Assembly (NCBI GenBank): GCA_002104945.1
Contig: MCFH01000001.1
Span: forward strand, 1,674,001-1,738,000
Reading direction: 5' to 3'
Source: Piromyces finnis finn
Taxonomy: Eukaryota > Fungi > Neocallimastigomycota
DNA length: 64,000 bases
Shown piece after piece: positions 27,762 to 42,190 of the stretch. Position 1 is the first letter of the stretch; every line of letters starts with the position of its first letter. Position numbers and translations under genes: made by a program. The notes under the pieces are model-generated. The model did not search any database. It saw only the letters and a list, made by a program, of their open reading frames with translations, and was not told the DNA's origin.

Positions 27762-29581
27762 ATTCTATTATTTATTATAAATTAATAAATTGTGTTATAT
27801 ATATAAAATGAATTAAATAAATGTTGAATAAATGAATTAGTACATTTCAAATTTAATTTTTATTAAATAAATTATTTTATTTTGAATTAAATTTAATTAA
27901 TTTAAAAAAAATCACTTTCTATTATTTGGAATTAATTATTTATTATACTTCATGTATACTTTTTATTTTATATGTCTTTTGCTACTAATAATAATATTCT
28001 TAAAGAATTTAAATGTAAAAATGTATATATGAAAATGAAAAGATAAAGAAAAAAAAAAAGAAAGCAAGAAAGCAAGCAAGAAAAAAAAAAAAAAAAAAAA
28101 AAAAGGAAAAACTAGAGAAGGACTTTAGGTATGAAAAGTAAAAATATAATTTTTTTTTCAATATCTAAAGCTAGTTTAATTGTATAATTGATTAATAATT
28201 TGATATAAAAGTATTGATTTTGAAATTTAGTAAAATCTCCAGTAAAATATAAAAATTGTAATATTTATGTATGATTATTAATATTTCATTAAAATTTAAG
28301 TATGAAATGTAATTTACATTATTATTTTAATAAATTACTTGAAAATACTCTGATATATGTTTAATTCATAATTTAAAATTCAGTTATTTTTATTATTTAG
28401 AATATAATTATACTAATATAATATAATTAAAAATTATTAATAGCTATATTAATATTAATTATAATCCTATATAATAATTTATATAATAGAATTGAATATT
28501 AAAAAAGTTGGATTTTATTTACTTTTCCAAGGTTGACTCTCCTTTATTCTCAAATTAATGATAAATAACTTTGGAGGTACTAATTAATATCAAATTATAT
28601 TAAATATTTTAGTTTAATTGATATTAAAATTTAAAAATTTTATAATATATAATTATATAGATTTATAATCTTTTTTTTTTTTATCAATTAAAAAAAATAC
28701 AAAAATAGATATAAGATGTGGATATCTGTGTAACCTATTGAATATTTTAACTTGATAAGAAATTTTAAAAATATTTTCATATAATAAAATTTATAATATT
28801 AATTTAATTTTTTTTGATTTTCAAAGAGAATATTTAATTTTAAAAGATATATATAATAATATATAATATATATTTTGTATCTTACTAATAGTAAAATAAA
28901 AAAAAAAAAATAGCAGGAATATATAAAAAACAATATAATTTTATTTGTTTTCTGCAATAATGATAATTTAATCATTGAGTTATCATTGGGGTTCTCTTAA
29001 ACAAAAAATATGTTTCAACAATAATTAAAATCTCAATAATAATATGATAACTATGTATTATTGATTTTACAATATGGCATAATATCAAACATAGTTATTG
29101 TACTAAAAAGAAAATTTCTCCTATATATAATTATTTAAAGTAAAATTAAAAAAAATTACATAAAAAGAAATGGTTTTAATATTAAATATTTTCAATGTGT
29201 ATATTTTATGAATTAAATAATTAACAATTGAATTGGGTGAACATTTAATCATATATTTGAAAAAATATAAAATAGTTATATTATAATAAAGTATTTTAAA
29301 ATTAATTAACATTTTCTGTTATTATATGTTAATTTCACCTTAATTAAATTTGAATATTTAATTAAAAAAAAAAAAGAATTATTTAAATATTAGAATATAA
29401 TTAAAAGTCCATATTATATTAACTATTAAATATTTTTTTAATAAAAAAGTAGTGAATATTAATTAATAAAGAATTTAATTTATATAGATTACTAATAGCA
29501 TGTTTTCCTTTTCCTTCTCTTTAATAATATTAATATGTTAATTGAAATGAAATACAATAATAATATAAAATATAAAAATAA

Positions 29582-31070
29582 TCGAGTTTTTTTTTCTTCT
29601 TCATTATTATTATTATAAATTTTATTATTTTGAAAACCTAAATATTTAAAATCGACAATTTTAAAAATTTTGATCAATATTATAAAAAAAAATTAAAAAC
29701 AAAATCACGAAATATTTAAGAGTATTTTGAGAATTGAAACATTAAAAAATATCTTTTTTCCTTTTTCTTATTTCATTTAATGACAATTAATAAATTATAT
29801 TCTTTTTTTATTTTATTACTTTTTTTTTTTAATATCATTTATTTAAAGTTGTCGGAGATAGTTTTTTTTGTTGAATTTTTTTTTAAAAAAATATTTTATT
29901 GTTTAAGTTTTATATAAATTAAGTTTTAAATTCGATTGATATAAAATATATTATTTTGTGTATTAATATATAAAATTTATAATTGTATAATTGTAGTAAT
30001 TTTTTCAAATTGAAATATGAACTTTTTCTTTATAAATCTTTTCAAAAATGTCTTTTATTTATTTATGAAATTTTTAAAACACAAGTTTGCGAAAATTTAA
30101 AATATTTTAAAATATAATTAAACAAGTAATTATTTTATTATTTATACATAATTTTATACATACACACACATTGTTATTTTTTTTCTTTTGAAACTCGATA
30201 AATTAATAAAAACATTTTTTGAATAAATATTATATATTATTTTAAAAAAAAAATTAAAGTTTAATTTTAAATTCGAGAATTTTTAATTAAACTTTATATA
30301 GAATATGATTATGTTAATATATATCTATATGTTTTTGATAAAATACTTATTTAATCTATATATATATTTATGTATATAAATAAATCAACTTTTTAATATA
30401 TATTTCGAGTTTTTATTTTCTTTCTTTCTTTTTTTTTACTTTTGTTATTGATACACTCTATTTATATAAATTTATTAATATCTATAAGATTTACATTTCA
30501 GTTTTTGAAATTATGTATATCTAAATAAATTACTATATCTGTTTTTTGTAATGTATTATTATGCATTATATAAAAATATAAAAATAATACAAATTATCTA
30601 TAAAGACTATTATTAGAAATAAAGTAAACATTTTATATTTTTTTATTGCGATTCTGGATAAAATTTCATGACTCGAACTTTTTTATGTATAAAAATTCTA
30701 TTTTATATTTATTAAATAAAAAATCAAAAAAAAAAAAAATTTCTTTTTTTTTTATATATATATTTTATATATCTATAAATGTTTTAATTAAAGAATTTTA
30801 ATTAAACATTTAATATTAAAAATATTTATATATTTTATTTTTATTTTTTTTTTTGTTAAATATTTTGATTCCTTATTGTATTGAGTTAATAATAATAAGA
30901 AAAAAATAATTTATTTTTTATTATTATTTTTATAGTTAATATAATATTCAGCAAAACTTCTATATGCAATGTGAATTATCGAATTATATTTTTTTTGTTA
31001 CATGCTCCATATTTAAAGGTTACATTTTAAAGATAATAAAAAAAAAAAAAAAAAAAAAAACTTCACGAAA
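29582..31070. promoter_or_regulatory. Cluster of candidate APSES-factor sites (5 x CTCGA, 2 x CACGAAA) upstream of the Xbp1-like gene
   Basis: CTCGA in either orientation at 29582, 30194, 30273, 30405 and 30672; CACGAAA at 29706 and 31064. The surrounding intergenic region is CpG-poor. The motifs match the yeast Xbp1 core and the SCB element. Confidence 0.45.
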
Positions 31071-32441
31071 CTTCTTTTTATTATATTATAATATATATTA
31101 GTATGTAAATCTAATATTAATATTAAATAGTTTTATTAAAAAAAATACATATTAAATCTATTAAAAAAATATAATAAAGTATTAATTAAATGATTTATAT
31201 TTTCGTTAATAATTTATAAAAAAAAATATTCACAAATACTGATTACTATTGTTTTAGGAACATATTATAAATTAATTTATATATATTTCAATAATATAAT
31301 TAAGATTATATTAATATAAAAAGAAAATATAATTTTTATATGGAAATGACTTAGTTATATTTTCATATTTAAAGCAAATACGAATTAGTATTTTTTTTAT
31401 TTTATTTTTTCTCTTTCTTTTATTATATTAATGCTTTTTAACATTTATTATAATTTGTTAATGTATCATCCACCATTATTTATTTGAATAATATATTGTT
31501 AATTTTAATGAAGATATAATTAGAACTCTGTTAATTATAATTGTAATAAAGAGGGTTATCTTTTTTTTTTTTTTTTTTTTTTGGGAAATCTTTTTCAAAG
31601 AAAAGTTTAGAGAATTAATTTATTTTGAAGTTTTCAATATATATCATATTTTTATATATTTTTATTTTTTTTTTATATAGTGTATTAAAAAATTAATAAA
31701 AGATTTTTAATATAATAACTTTAATAATTGATATATCTTTTCTAATAATATTATTAATAAGCTATATATTAATCAAATATTCATTTATATTTGATTAATA
31801 TATTTATTAAATTCCAACATACAACAATAATAATAATTAGTAAAGAATTTTAATTAATAATAAATCTATAATATAACCACCAAATTTTAATTAAATAATA
31901 TATTAATATAATAATATAATAAAATTTTGAAAGTTTTAATTAAAATTTTAAATTTCAATTACGACTATCTATTTATATGAATCATCCTTTCGTATATAAA
32001 TCTAAAGATTCCTTTTTCTTTTTAATATATATAGTTTATTCTTATTATTGAACGTAATTATTTTAATTTTAAGACTTTCCCAAAACCTCATAATTTAATT
32101 ATTGTTATTACTAAGAATATTTATTATATTTATGAAAGTGATTAGAAAACAAAAAACATAAAAATAAACATTTATAATAATCGATTTTATTTAGACACTC
32201 TTTATATAAAAGAAAATTTTACCTTTTTAAATTCTTCGAAATATTTAACAACAACATATATTTTATTTAAACAGTATATCATTTTTTTTAGAATAATATT
32301 TTATTAAATATTATTGGAAAAGTTTTCAATTCGTGTTACATTTTGATTTTTATTTCATTTCAAAAAAAAAAAAAAAATAAACAAGCAACCCTTTTATTTT
32401 TTATAAAAATAATTTAATATTTAATTTAATTTTAATATAAA

Positions 32442-33684
32442 ATGACTATTACTAAGAATATATATAATACCTCCCAAGATGAACGTGGTTATATATCTGT
32501 ATATGAATTTACAAGTTCAAATGGTACTATAGTCATGTGGGACTCAGAATGTGGTTATGTTAATTGGACAAGTATTCGTAAAGCCATGGGTTGGAGTAAG
32601 AGAGGTGAAGGTAGAAATATTATGAAAGAAATGGAAAATGTTGAAAAAACAGCTAAAGATATTAGAAAGATAAGGTAGATATATTGAATTATGTTTAAAT
32701 ATCATATTTTTATTGTTTGAAAAAATAATTAATATATTTAAAATATATTTATGATTTAATATAAATAGAGGAGGTATTTTAAAGATACAAGGAACTTGGA
32801 TACCTTTTGATGATGCATATGAAGCTGCTAAAGAATATTGTTATAGTATTCGTTATGAATTAACTCATATATTTGGTGAACAATTTGCAAAAGAAGCTAG
32901 ACCAAAAGCTCCATCTACTAATCAACCAACTAAAAAAAGAGCTAAGCATCAAAAACATTCTAACAATAATAACGCATTAGCTGCTTTAAAATATAATTTA
33001 GGTGAATTAACTCCACCACCATCTGATATTGATTATTCATCATCATCAGCTTCTTCAAGTGCTGTTTCTACTGTTAATAATACTCCAATATCTAATAATA
33101 ATAATAATAAAAACACTTCAACTAAATATTCAACTATTACTGGTACAACTAGAAAACGTAGAACTTCTGTTTCTGAAAACGGTGGTTCAACTGAAAGAAA
33201 AAGAAGAAGATCTCATCCAAAAGTTAACACATCAAAAACTTTAGCTCAACATAATGTTATAAATTCTACCCTTATGAAGAATCCGACAGGCATGAAAGGT
33301 TATAATGTTCCTACTGTCGATCCAAATAATTGTAAGGGCCCATTTAATATGAACAATTGTAACGCACCAAATCAAGATTGGGAAAATATTTGCAATAATA
33401 CTAATACCCCAAACAAGATGAATAATTCTTCAATGAGAAAGAAGGTTCATTCTGTTAATCTTAATATTGATACCAATCAAATATTTGAAGCTGTTGAAAC
33501 TGCTTTAGCATTACAAACTCTTAGTATGGACTTAGGTTTGAGACCATTCCCATCATGGATGAATATTCAAAGAAATGAATACAAGAAACTCAATGATTAC
33601 CCAAAGTTAACATATCCATCAGAATTTGAAATGGCAGGATGTCGTTTTGAAATGGTTGGTGGATGCTATCAAAAAGTTTGTTAA
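32442..33684 (+). CDS. APSES/KilA-N transcription factor, Xbp1-like, 2 exons (32442-32674, 32769-33684)
   Basis: ISVYEF...IVMWDSECGYVNWTSIRKA and, across the intron, RKIRGGILKIQGTWIPFDDAYEAAKEYCYSIRYELTHIFGEQF. The RIRGGxxKIQGTW.PF pattern is the Xbp1-type APSES signature. A basic NLS-like RKRR...RKRRR follows. Confidence 0.82.
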
Positions 33685-35415
33685 GTGAATTATTATATAT
33701 TAATTTAGTAATACCTTTTTGATAGGAAAAGAAATGAAACAATAAGGATTTATATAATATTAACAACGTATTACACAAAGTAATAATTTTAACTAATTAA
33801 GAAAAGAAATATATACAACTATACAGAAATTAAAGCTCTTTGAGTTTATGGGTTTAAAACAGAAGCTGAAAACCAATTCATATTCATAATTATTCACAAT
33901 ATCATATTTTATTTTAACTAATTTATAAATATTCTTCTATTGCGTTATCTATTATTATTTTATGGAATAATTAATATAAATTAATTCATTTTATTAAATT
34001 GGATAAACAAATATTTTTTTAAAATCTATAGATTTATTATATCTATTATTCATTTTAATGCTAATTATTTAATTAAATATAATTATTTAGTTTAAGTAAT
34101 ATATAATTTATAACGTCTTTACATAATTATTTTATTTAATAGTAGTCTTTTGTATATATATATAATTAATTTAAATTTAAATTTAATTAATTCTTTGTAA
34201 ATATAACATTTTAATTTATTTTTTTTTTCATTCTGTTGTAAATAATTTTTTTTAAAATACGTAGTATCTATTTACATTTACTCATAATTACTTTAATTTC
34301 TATTAATATATATGTAAAAAAAAAAAAAAAAAAAAAAAATGCTTATACATATTATTTCATATATAATTATACCATAAAGAATAAAAATATGAAAAGAATA
34401 TACTTAATAATCATAAAAAAATTAGTTTAAATTAAATATTAATTAATATATATTTATAAGAAATATTTATTTAGGATTATATATGTATGCTGCAGGTAGA
34501 CATTTGATTCAATTATTATTTGTATAGTGTTAATGGGAATATTTATTTCTAAAATGGTCATTTAACAATTTCAATATACCAAAATATTTTTTTTTTATAT
34601 TTTCATGTAGATATATTCAATAAATGTTAAGATTAGATTTTTTATACCGATAAATATTTAATTTATAAAGACCTTTTTTTTTTTCTTTTTTTTTTTTTAA
34701 TAAAAATATCTTCTAATTTCAAAAATAAAAAAGTTTAAAATTATTATTATTATATAGAAATTTTCTCTTTTTATATTAGAATAAAAAACAATATTCATTC
34801 ATTCTTTTAAAGATAACCCTATTTTACTGTTAATACTCTATTTTTATAGAGTTATTAATAAAAAAAAAATTAACTACAACCTCCACAATATAAATTATTT
34901 AATATTAATATTCACTGAATTAGTAAATCTTACTTTAATAGAGTTGCACATAATCATAATTTACATTTATAATATGAACAATTTTGTTAATATTTAAAAA
35001 TCATATTAAAAATATAAATTTAAATACCTTTTTTATTTATTTATTCATTATTATCTTTTATTATTTTTATGTTTTATTATTTAAATTTAATTGATAATAT
35101 ATATATATATATATAATTCTATCCACGATTATTGTTCTTTTATTCATTGTTCATTATTAATTAATATATGAGTTTTTTGGTTTATATCAAATAAACAAAC
35201 AAATAAATAAAAAACAAAATATATTTTTGCTTATAATAATTATATGATTAATGTATATATATATATATTAATAAATATTTGATTTTTAATTATTGTTATT
35301 ATTATTATTATTACTATTATTATTACTATTATTATTGTTATTATTATAATTATCATAATTATTATTATTTGCTTTTAAATAAAATTTAAACTTTTTTTTA
35401 TTATTCCTAACTTCA

Positions 35416-35449
<34 letters not shown>

Positions 35450-35778
35450 TAATATTTAATAATAAAGATAGCAATAAAGTTGTATTAAACAACATTATAT
35501 TTATTATCTTTATTATTACACATTTTCTGATCATTATTTTTTATGAATCGTAATATAGGTTATATTAATTATTATCTTTTGTCTTTTTTTGGAATAAAAA
35601 AATATACATTAAATTTTAATTCAATATATTACTTTTATTATTATAATACTATAATAATGGATTATAAATATTCTAAATAAATTATGAGAAAGTAATTAAT
35701 GATATCTATTTAAAAAAGAGTTTTTGATTTTTTTTAAAATGTTTTAGTAATTTTCCTTTAAAATTGTGTAAACGTCTT

Positions 35779-37147
35779 TTAGAAGTAATAAGCACCAATG
35801 ATGAAAGAAATAACAACGATAAGGAAGGCAATTGGCCATTGAATAGATTTATCTAATGGAAGTTTACGTTTTTGAATATTCTTTCCATTCCATTCAAAGA
35901 ATAATTCCTTTGGATCATTAATTTCTTTCTTGCCATCGGTTGAAGTTTCATTTATTGATTCTTTTCCGTAACGTCTTGTCTTGATTAAATCATTCTTTAA
36001 ACTTTCAACAGAATACTTTTGAATAGCATTTTCCAATTCCTTTATAATAGCATTAGCCTCGTTTATGTTTTGTGGATTCTTTTCTAACATTTCAGTGTCT
36101 GTTAATTTTTCTGATGAACTAGTTTTATTTCTTCTAACTGCTGAAGTAATATTTGGTGAAATTGGTGAAGCCAAATTTTTTGATGTTGGTGATTCTGGTG
36201 AACTTAATTGAACAGCCTTTTTAGCTTCTTCAATTTTAATATTCGGTATACTTGAAATATCACAAAGAAGTCTATGTTCCTTTAATTGACTTGCAACATC
36301 AGATGAACCTGATTTCTTTAATTTTTCTAATTTCTTGAAGATTTCACCAATTTTCTCTGAGCATTGTTCATCACTGAGTTCAGTAAATTCATTTGGAATT
36401 ACTGTAGTTTGAATTAAAAATTTATCATTGCTAACAGTATTTAACTTTAAGTTTAATATTTTAATTTTGAAAAAGGAAAAATAAAATAAAATAAAATAAA
36501 ATAAAATAAAATAAAAATAAAAATTGTAAATTATTAAAAATTATTTAAATTATTTAGATAAAGATTTTAATAAATATATTTAATGTTATTACAATATATT
36601 TCAATATATAAAAAATAAAACATTTAATTTACATTGTGAGCTCTTATGAAAATCGTTACTTCAGCTTTTTTACTTTGTAAAATTTTTCCAACACTTGGAC
36701 GAACACAAAAATTATGTGGTGAAGTTGTTTTAATTTTGAAACCTGATGTTATTAAATATTAATTAATAACAGTTATATTCTCATATACTATAAAATTTAA
36801 TTATTTTTTTTAATTGTTTTATTGTTATTACCAATTATTTGATTATCACTGTTGTTACTTATAGTGATAATGGATTTTGGAATTGAATCACCTTTTGGAG
36901 AACCGGTTTCTTTAAAAATATACAATATATTAATGTATTTAATATTTGAAAATAATAAAATTATATTAAGTTTTAATTATTACCATCAAGATTTCTACTA
37001 TTTGATTTCCTGACAAAGCGTAAACTCTTATTTGGTTCTATATAATAGATAAAAATATAATATAATAAGTATTCTTCTTTAATATAAACTATATATATTG
37101 CTATATGTATTCTTTTGTTTACACTTACCAAATGTTATAAAATCCAT
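35779..37147 (-). CDS. VAP/Scs2-family MSP-domain tail-anchored ER protein, 5 exons
   Basis: Spliced exons give MDFITFEPNKSLRF..., GFKIKTTSPHNFCVRPSVGKI (VAP consensus FK.KTT.P...CVRP) and NDKFLIQ, then a coiled-coil region and the C-terminal TM WPIAFLIVVISFIIGAYYF. Confidence 0.87.
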
Positions 37148-38538
37148 TGTTTCTTCTTTTTTTGAAATTAAAATTTGAATGAAGATGTAATTGCTTTATA
37201 GTTGTTCCTAAAATTGATAGAGTAAATAAATTAAAGTAATAAAAAGAGAGAATTAATAAATTTTTTATTTTACTTCTTTTTTTTTTTTTTAAAGAAAAGT
37301 TTGTTTATTTTTAATATTTATTTCTTTTTTATATTAATCCAGCTACTACATTTATTATTAATATTTTTTATTCTTATATATAATTAATTTGTAATGTTTG
37401 TACAACATCTCTTTAATTAATTTATGCAGCATTCTTTTTTTCTTCTTCTTTTTATTTATTTTATTATTATAATTTTTCGATATATTCTTGAAGTTAGTTT
37501 TATTTATTAATATATACTAAAAGTTCTAAAAAAAAAAAAAAATAACACTAATGATATGATATGATATGTTATTTTATATTTATTTTATTAATATTTTTAT
37601 ATAAAACAAACCTTCAATTTATTTATATTATATTAGTAGTTGAAGTTTCAATAATATTATTAATTAAAATATATTTTTTTTTTTTTTTCAAATAAAAAGT
37701 ATATGTAAAAAATAATAATTATTTAATTTTAAATTTGCAAAAATGATGTATTATTTATTTGTTTATTTAATATTTTTTTTAACAAAAAATATTAAAAGAA
37801 AATAATAATAAATATTTGTTTTGGGTTAAGTATGAATGGATTAAAATATCATCTTTATTAGTATTAATATATATTCATATATTATGATAGTAATGAATAT
37901 TTTTTTTAATATTTAAAGTTTGAATAGTAATTCATAAGATAAATTAATTATAGTTTATATTATATGTCTACCTATTCAATTTATTTATTTAGAAATATTT
38001 TTCTATATACTCAATATATGGAAGTTTTATGTAATTATTACAAATTAAATTCTATGTAATTAATAAAATTGCTATTACATTAATATATATTTAAATTTGT
38101 ATTCCATTATTTATTATGTATTACATACAAAATTTTTATGTAATACATTATAGTATATTGGTTGTAATATAAAAACTATGAGTTGAATACTCACAATATA
38201 TGATTTCTTTAAAAAAAAAAATACTAGACCCACATTAATTATTATAAAGATACAAAACTTTAATGTTTTTCTTCTCTCTCTCTCTTTTTTTTTTTTTAAT
38301 ATGCATTTATATAACATATATAATAATTAATAATAATAAATAAATAAATATAATTATATAAAATTATTTTGCTTTAATACTTTTTTTATTGAAATATGTA
38401 TATGTATTTTTATTTTTATATATATATATATTATATAATATGTTTTTAAGAATCTAAGAATATAATAGGGAGTAATAATGATTAATAATGATAAATAATT
38501 ATATATATACATATACATTCCGGATAATGAATATGTAA

Positions 38539-39577
38539 CTATTTTTTCTTTTTTTTCACTTCTTTTGGCTTGTTGATAAAAACATACGTCCGACAATTTT
38601 TATCTATAATTTCTTCATTTTCAGATTTAGATATTCCTTCTTCAAAACCGATTGTACGTCTATGATGATATCCTGGATATAAACTTGGATTAAATTGATA
38701 TGATGTTTTTGTTACTAATTTTCCTGTTGACTTTGCTAATTTTTTAATATCCCATAAATCATATGGATTTCCACTCTAGTAATAAATAATAAAATATTAG
38801 TATTCTTCTTATAAAATTTTATACTACTTATAAGATATTTATTAATACATACTTATATTTTTTATATTACCTTCAAAGTAACAAGTATCTCACCATCGTT
38901 CATATCATTATATAATATTCTTGAAGATAACAATTGTGAAGCATTATCTAAAAATCCTTGTAATAATTTTTGATTAGTTAAAATATTTCTATCTTGGTCC
39001 TTTATTCCTGCACCTACATGTGGAAAATTAAATACTATTTTGTCAAAACGTTTTCCTCTAAAAGATTTCAATGACGCAAGTTTTGTGGCATCAATTTGAT
39101 ATAAAACCTTTCCTCCAAGATCTTCGATTACATTTATATTTTCAGTAGCATCATTATATTTTTCTTTTAATTCAATCTCGGTATCATAACAAGTTGCTAC
39201 CATTTTATATGTTATAGCTGGTAATAATTCAGCAACACTTCTTGAAAAACTGAAATTACCTTTTTAATTTATAAAAATTAATATTGATTTAACCAAATAA
39301 TTTAACATAATTTATTAACTTTAAAGATTTTTAATTTTAATTTTCATAAAATTATAAAATTTTATTTATTTTTACCTTCTCCTATAAATAAAATTGAATC
39401 CTCCTCAGTAAAAGGAATAAAATCTTTTTGTGTTAATTGCTTATGATTTTTGCTTTTATTAATTTTCAAAGATTGTGGTTTATTAAACTTTAAAAAATTA
39501 TATTCATTTAATATTGTCTTTTTTCTTTTTTCTTGGAATCTTGCCAAAGTATTAGCTAATTTTTTTTTTTTTGCCAT
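38539..39577 (-). CDS. BMT5: 25S rRNA uridine-N3 methyltransferase Bmt5-like (DUF2431), 3 exons
   Basis: ILFIGEGNFSFSRS, VATCYD, IDATKL, FDKIVFNFPHVGAGIKDQDRNI, GEILVTLK, NPYDLWDIKKLA and YPGYHHRRTIG. TAG stop at 38541-38539. Confidence 0.85.
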
Positions 39578-40077
39578 TATGAATATATGTTTTTTATAAT
39601 ATAGAATTAAATTATTATATAAAAAAATAATAATATATAAAAAAAAAACGAAATAAAATAAAATAAAAATAAAACTAAAAAAAATTAATAAAATTTATTG
39701 GTTCAAAATTTTTAAGCATCTCATAATAAAGAAATATAGAGACTTTAATTTAAATTTAAATAATTAAAAATTCCAGGGTTTTAATTTTTTATAAACAGAA
39801 ATTTAAACACTTAAAATTTTAATTATATATTATTATTATTTAATATATTTACTATTAAATGATACACAAAAATACAGTTTTAATACATAGTATATTGTAT
39901 CTTACTAATATTAATTTTTATATAATTATATTGTATATTGTATGATTAAAATATTATTATTATGTTTTTATAAAAACAATAAAAAAAACATTTAATATTT
40001 TGTATTATATCTATTGTAATATTTTTAATAAAAATTAGTATTCTATACATTTTTTTTTTTTTTACAATATTGTATTT

Positions 40078-42190
40078 TTAGTGGTCATATAAAATTGAAA
40101 AATAACTATCTATATCAAAAATAAATGGTTTTTGACCAAAGTTTGCTTCAATTTCTCCACTATTAAATGAAACTGTTGGATATAAATCTTCTGTTATAGT
40201 AATTTGTTTTGGAATATTACCTAATTTGTATTACATATATTTAATTTAATATTAAAATGAAAATTCACTCTCCATATAAAAATATTAATGCTAACTACTT
40301 TTTTTTTTACCTAAGTTTTTTCCATTTTTTGTAAAAAATATTGTCTTGTTAAAAATATGTATTCCACATCCTATAGTATCACCAACAGTAAATGTTGGAC
40401 CATATGCAACTCCTGATCCTGATTCTATATAAACTTGGCCATTATCACTGTGATAACCATATGTATTAAGTGTCCAACCTTGTATTTAAAAATATCATAT
40501 AAAATTTTTATTTAATACTATTATTTTAAATTTTATAAAAATAATATTAATATTATTTTTATAAAATTAATTATATACCTGGCATTTTCATATATAAATC
40601 ATTATCTTTTATTGTTAAACCTATTCCTATTACAGTATTACTATTTATAAAGATAAATTTATTATTTCGATTTTTAAGTTTTTATATATATGTATATATA
40701 TATACAAAATACAAAATACTATACTCTATATCTACAGATAATATTGATATTTCAAAATAATATAAGCCATATTTTTTGTTAATTGGATAATTACTTCGTA
40801 TCAATGCTGGAACTGAATTATTTGCTTATATATTAAAAAGATATATATTATTAATATACATATATACATTTATTAATTTTAGTAAAGCATAATATTTACA
40901 ATTTTCATCCAATAAATCTGGGACCATATCATCATTATTAATATATTTTGCTCTTAAATTGAAATTTGATAATGATAATAACTTTGATTTATCTTTTGGA
41001 TTTAATGCTGTCGGAAGTTTTAAGCTCCATCCAAGATTATAAAATGGAATGTTTTCGGATTTCTCTATATATATATTTAAATTAAAGCCATTAATATTAT
41101 AACTTAAAAAAAAAAAAAAAAAGAATATTTAAAAATAATCTTATTTTTAATTACTTTGAATAAATTTTATTTTTTCTTTTTGTATTTTTGTAATTTCTTC
41201 CAATTCATGAATTAGTTTTTTCTGAAAAATATTCAAATCTTGTAAATAGTCACATTTTTGAATAATCCAATCTAAATCTTTTTTTACATATTTACATTTC
41301 CATATATGATCCTTTTATTTATTAAGTTAATATTGAAATTATCGACTATTATTATTTTGGAGGTATTTAATAAATATAAATTATTTATTATAATATATTT
41401 AATCATATACCTGCATTTCATGTCTTACAACAGAAATATTACATCCTTTATTAGGACATTTTATTATTTTTAATGGACATTCACTGTCATGAGTTTCTAT
41501 ATCTTTAGCATATATTAACGCATTACATCCTTTATTAGGACACATTATTGATCTCCATGGACATGTTTTCTGATGGTATTTCAATACTTTACTTCTTTGT
41601 GCTGAGTAGAAGCAATTATTATTTGGACAGCTAATAATATATGATTGGCATTCATTCATTAAATGATTTTTTAATTCATCTCTAACACCAACCCAATTGC
41701 AATTTACTTTTTCAATATCATCATCATCATTATCCATGGCGTCAGAACAATTACTGTATGGACATTTAATTCTTAATAATCCAGCTGCTTGTGGAATTAA
41801 TAATTCTTTGGTAAATCCCTCTGATATAATAGGTTTATGATCTATAGGACAAATTTCTTTTTCTTCTAACCATTCCATTAAATGATCATGACAAAATACA
41901 TGACCACACGTATTTATTCTTAAAGCATCAGGATTTACTGGTAACTTACACAAAGGACATGATAATTGTTGAATTAGCTCAGGATTATCATTGATGTATT
42001 CAAGTTCTGTATATGGGATGTCGATTTCTTTTTCATCTAATAACATAAATAACTATTAATTAATAATAGATCTTTTATTAATAAATAGAATATATCGTAT
42101 ACCTGTTTGATTGTTTTCATTGTTAAGGGGATTAAATGATGCTTTATTTTTACATAAATTTTGAGATATTCTACTTTCTAATGGATCCAT
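40078..42190 (-). CDS. RING finger + TRAF-type zinc fingers + coiled coil + C-terminal SPRY domain protein, multi-exon (putative E3 ligase)
   Basis: RING CPLC...CGHVFCHDH...CPID; repeated TRAF-type C-P-N-x-G-C fingers; coiled-coil exon at about 41155-41290. SPRY segments are LPTALNPKDKSKLLSLSNFNLRAKY, YGLYYFE, GWTLNTYGYHSDNG, YGPTFTVGDTIGCG, FFTKNG, LYPTVS and IEANFGQKPFIFDI. Start ATG at 42190 joins in frame via a short intron. Confidence 0.8.

Noticed and set aside
29047-29098. 10-bp-arm hairpin ATAACTATGT/ACATAGTTAT, considered as an H/ACA or pre-miRNA-like element
   Set aside because: There is no convincing H or ACA box placement, and the arms are short and AT-rich.
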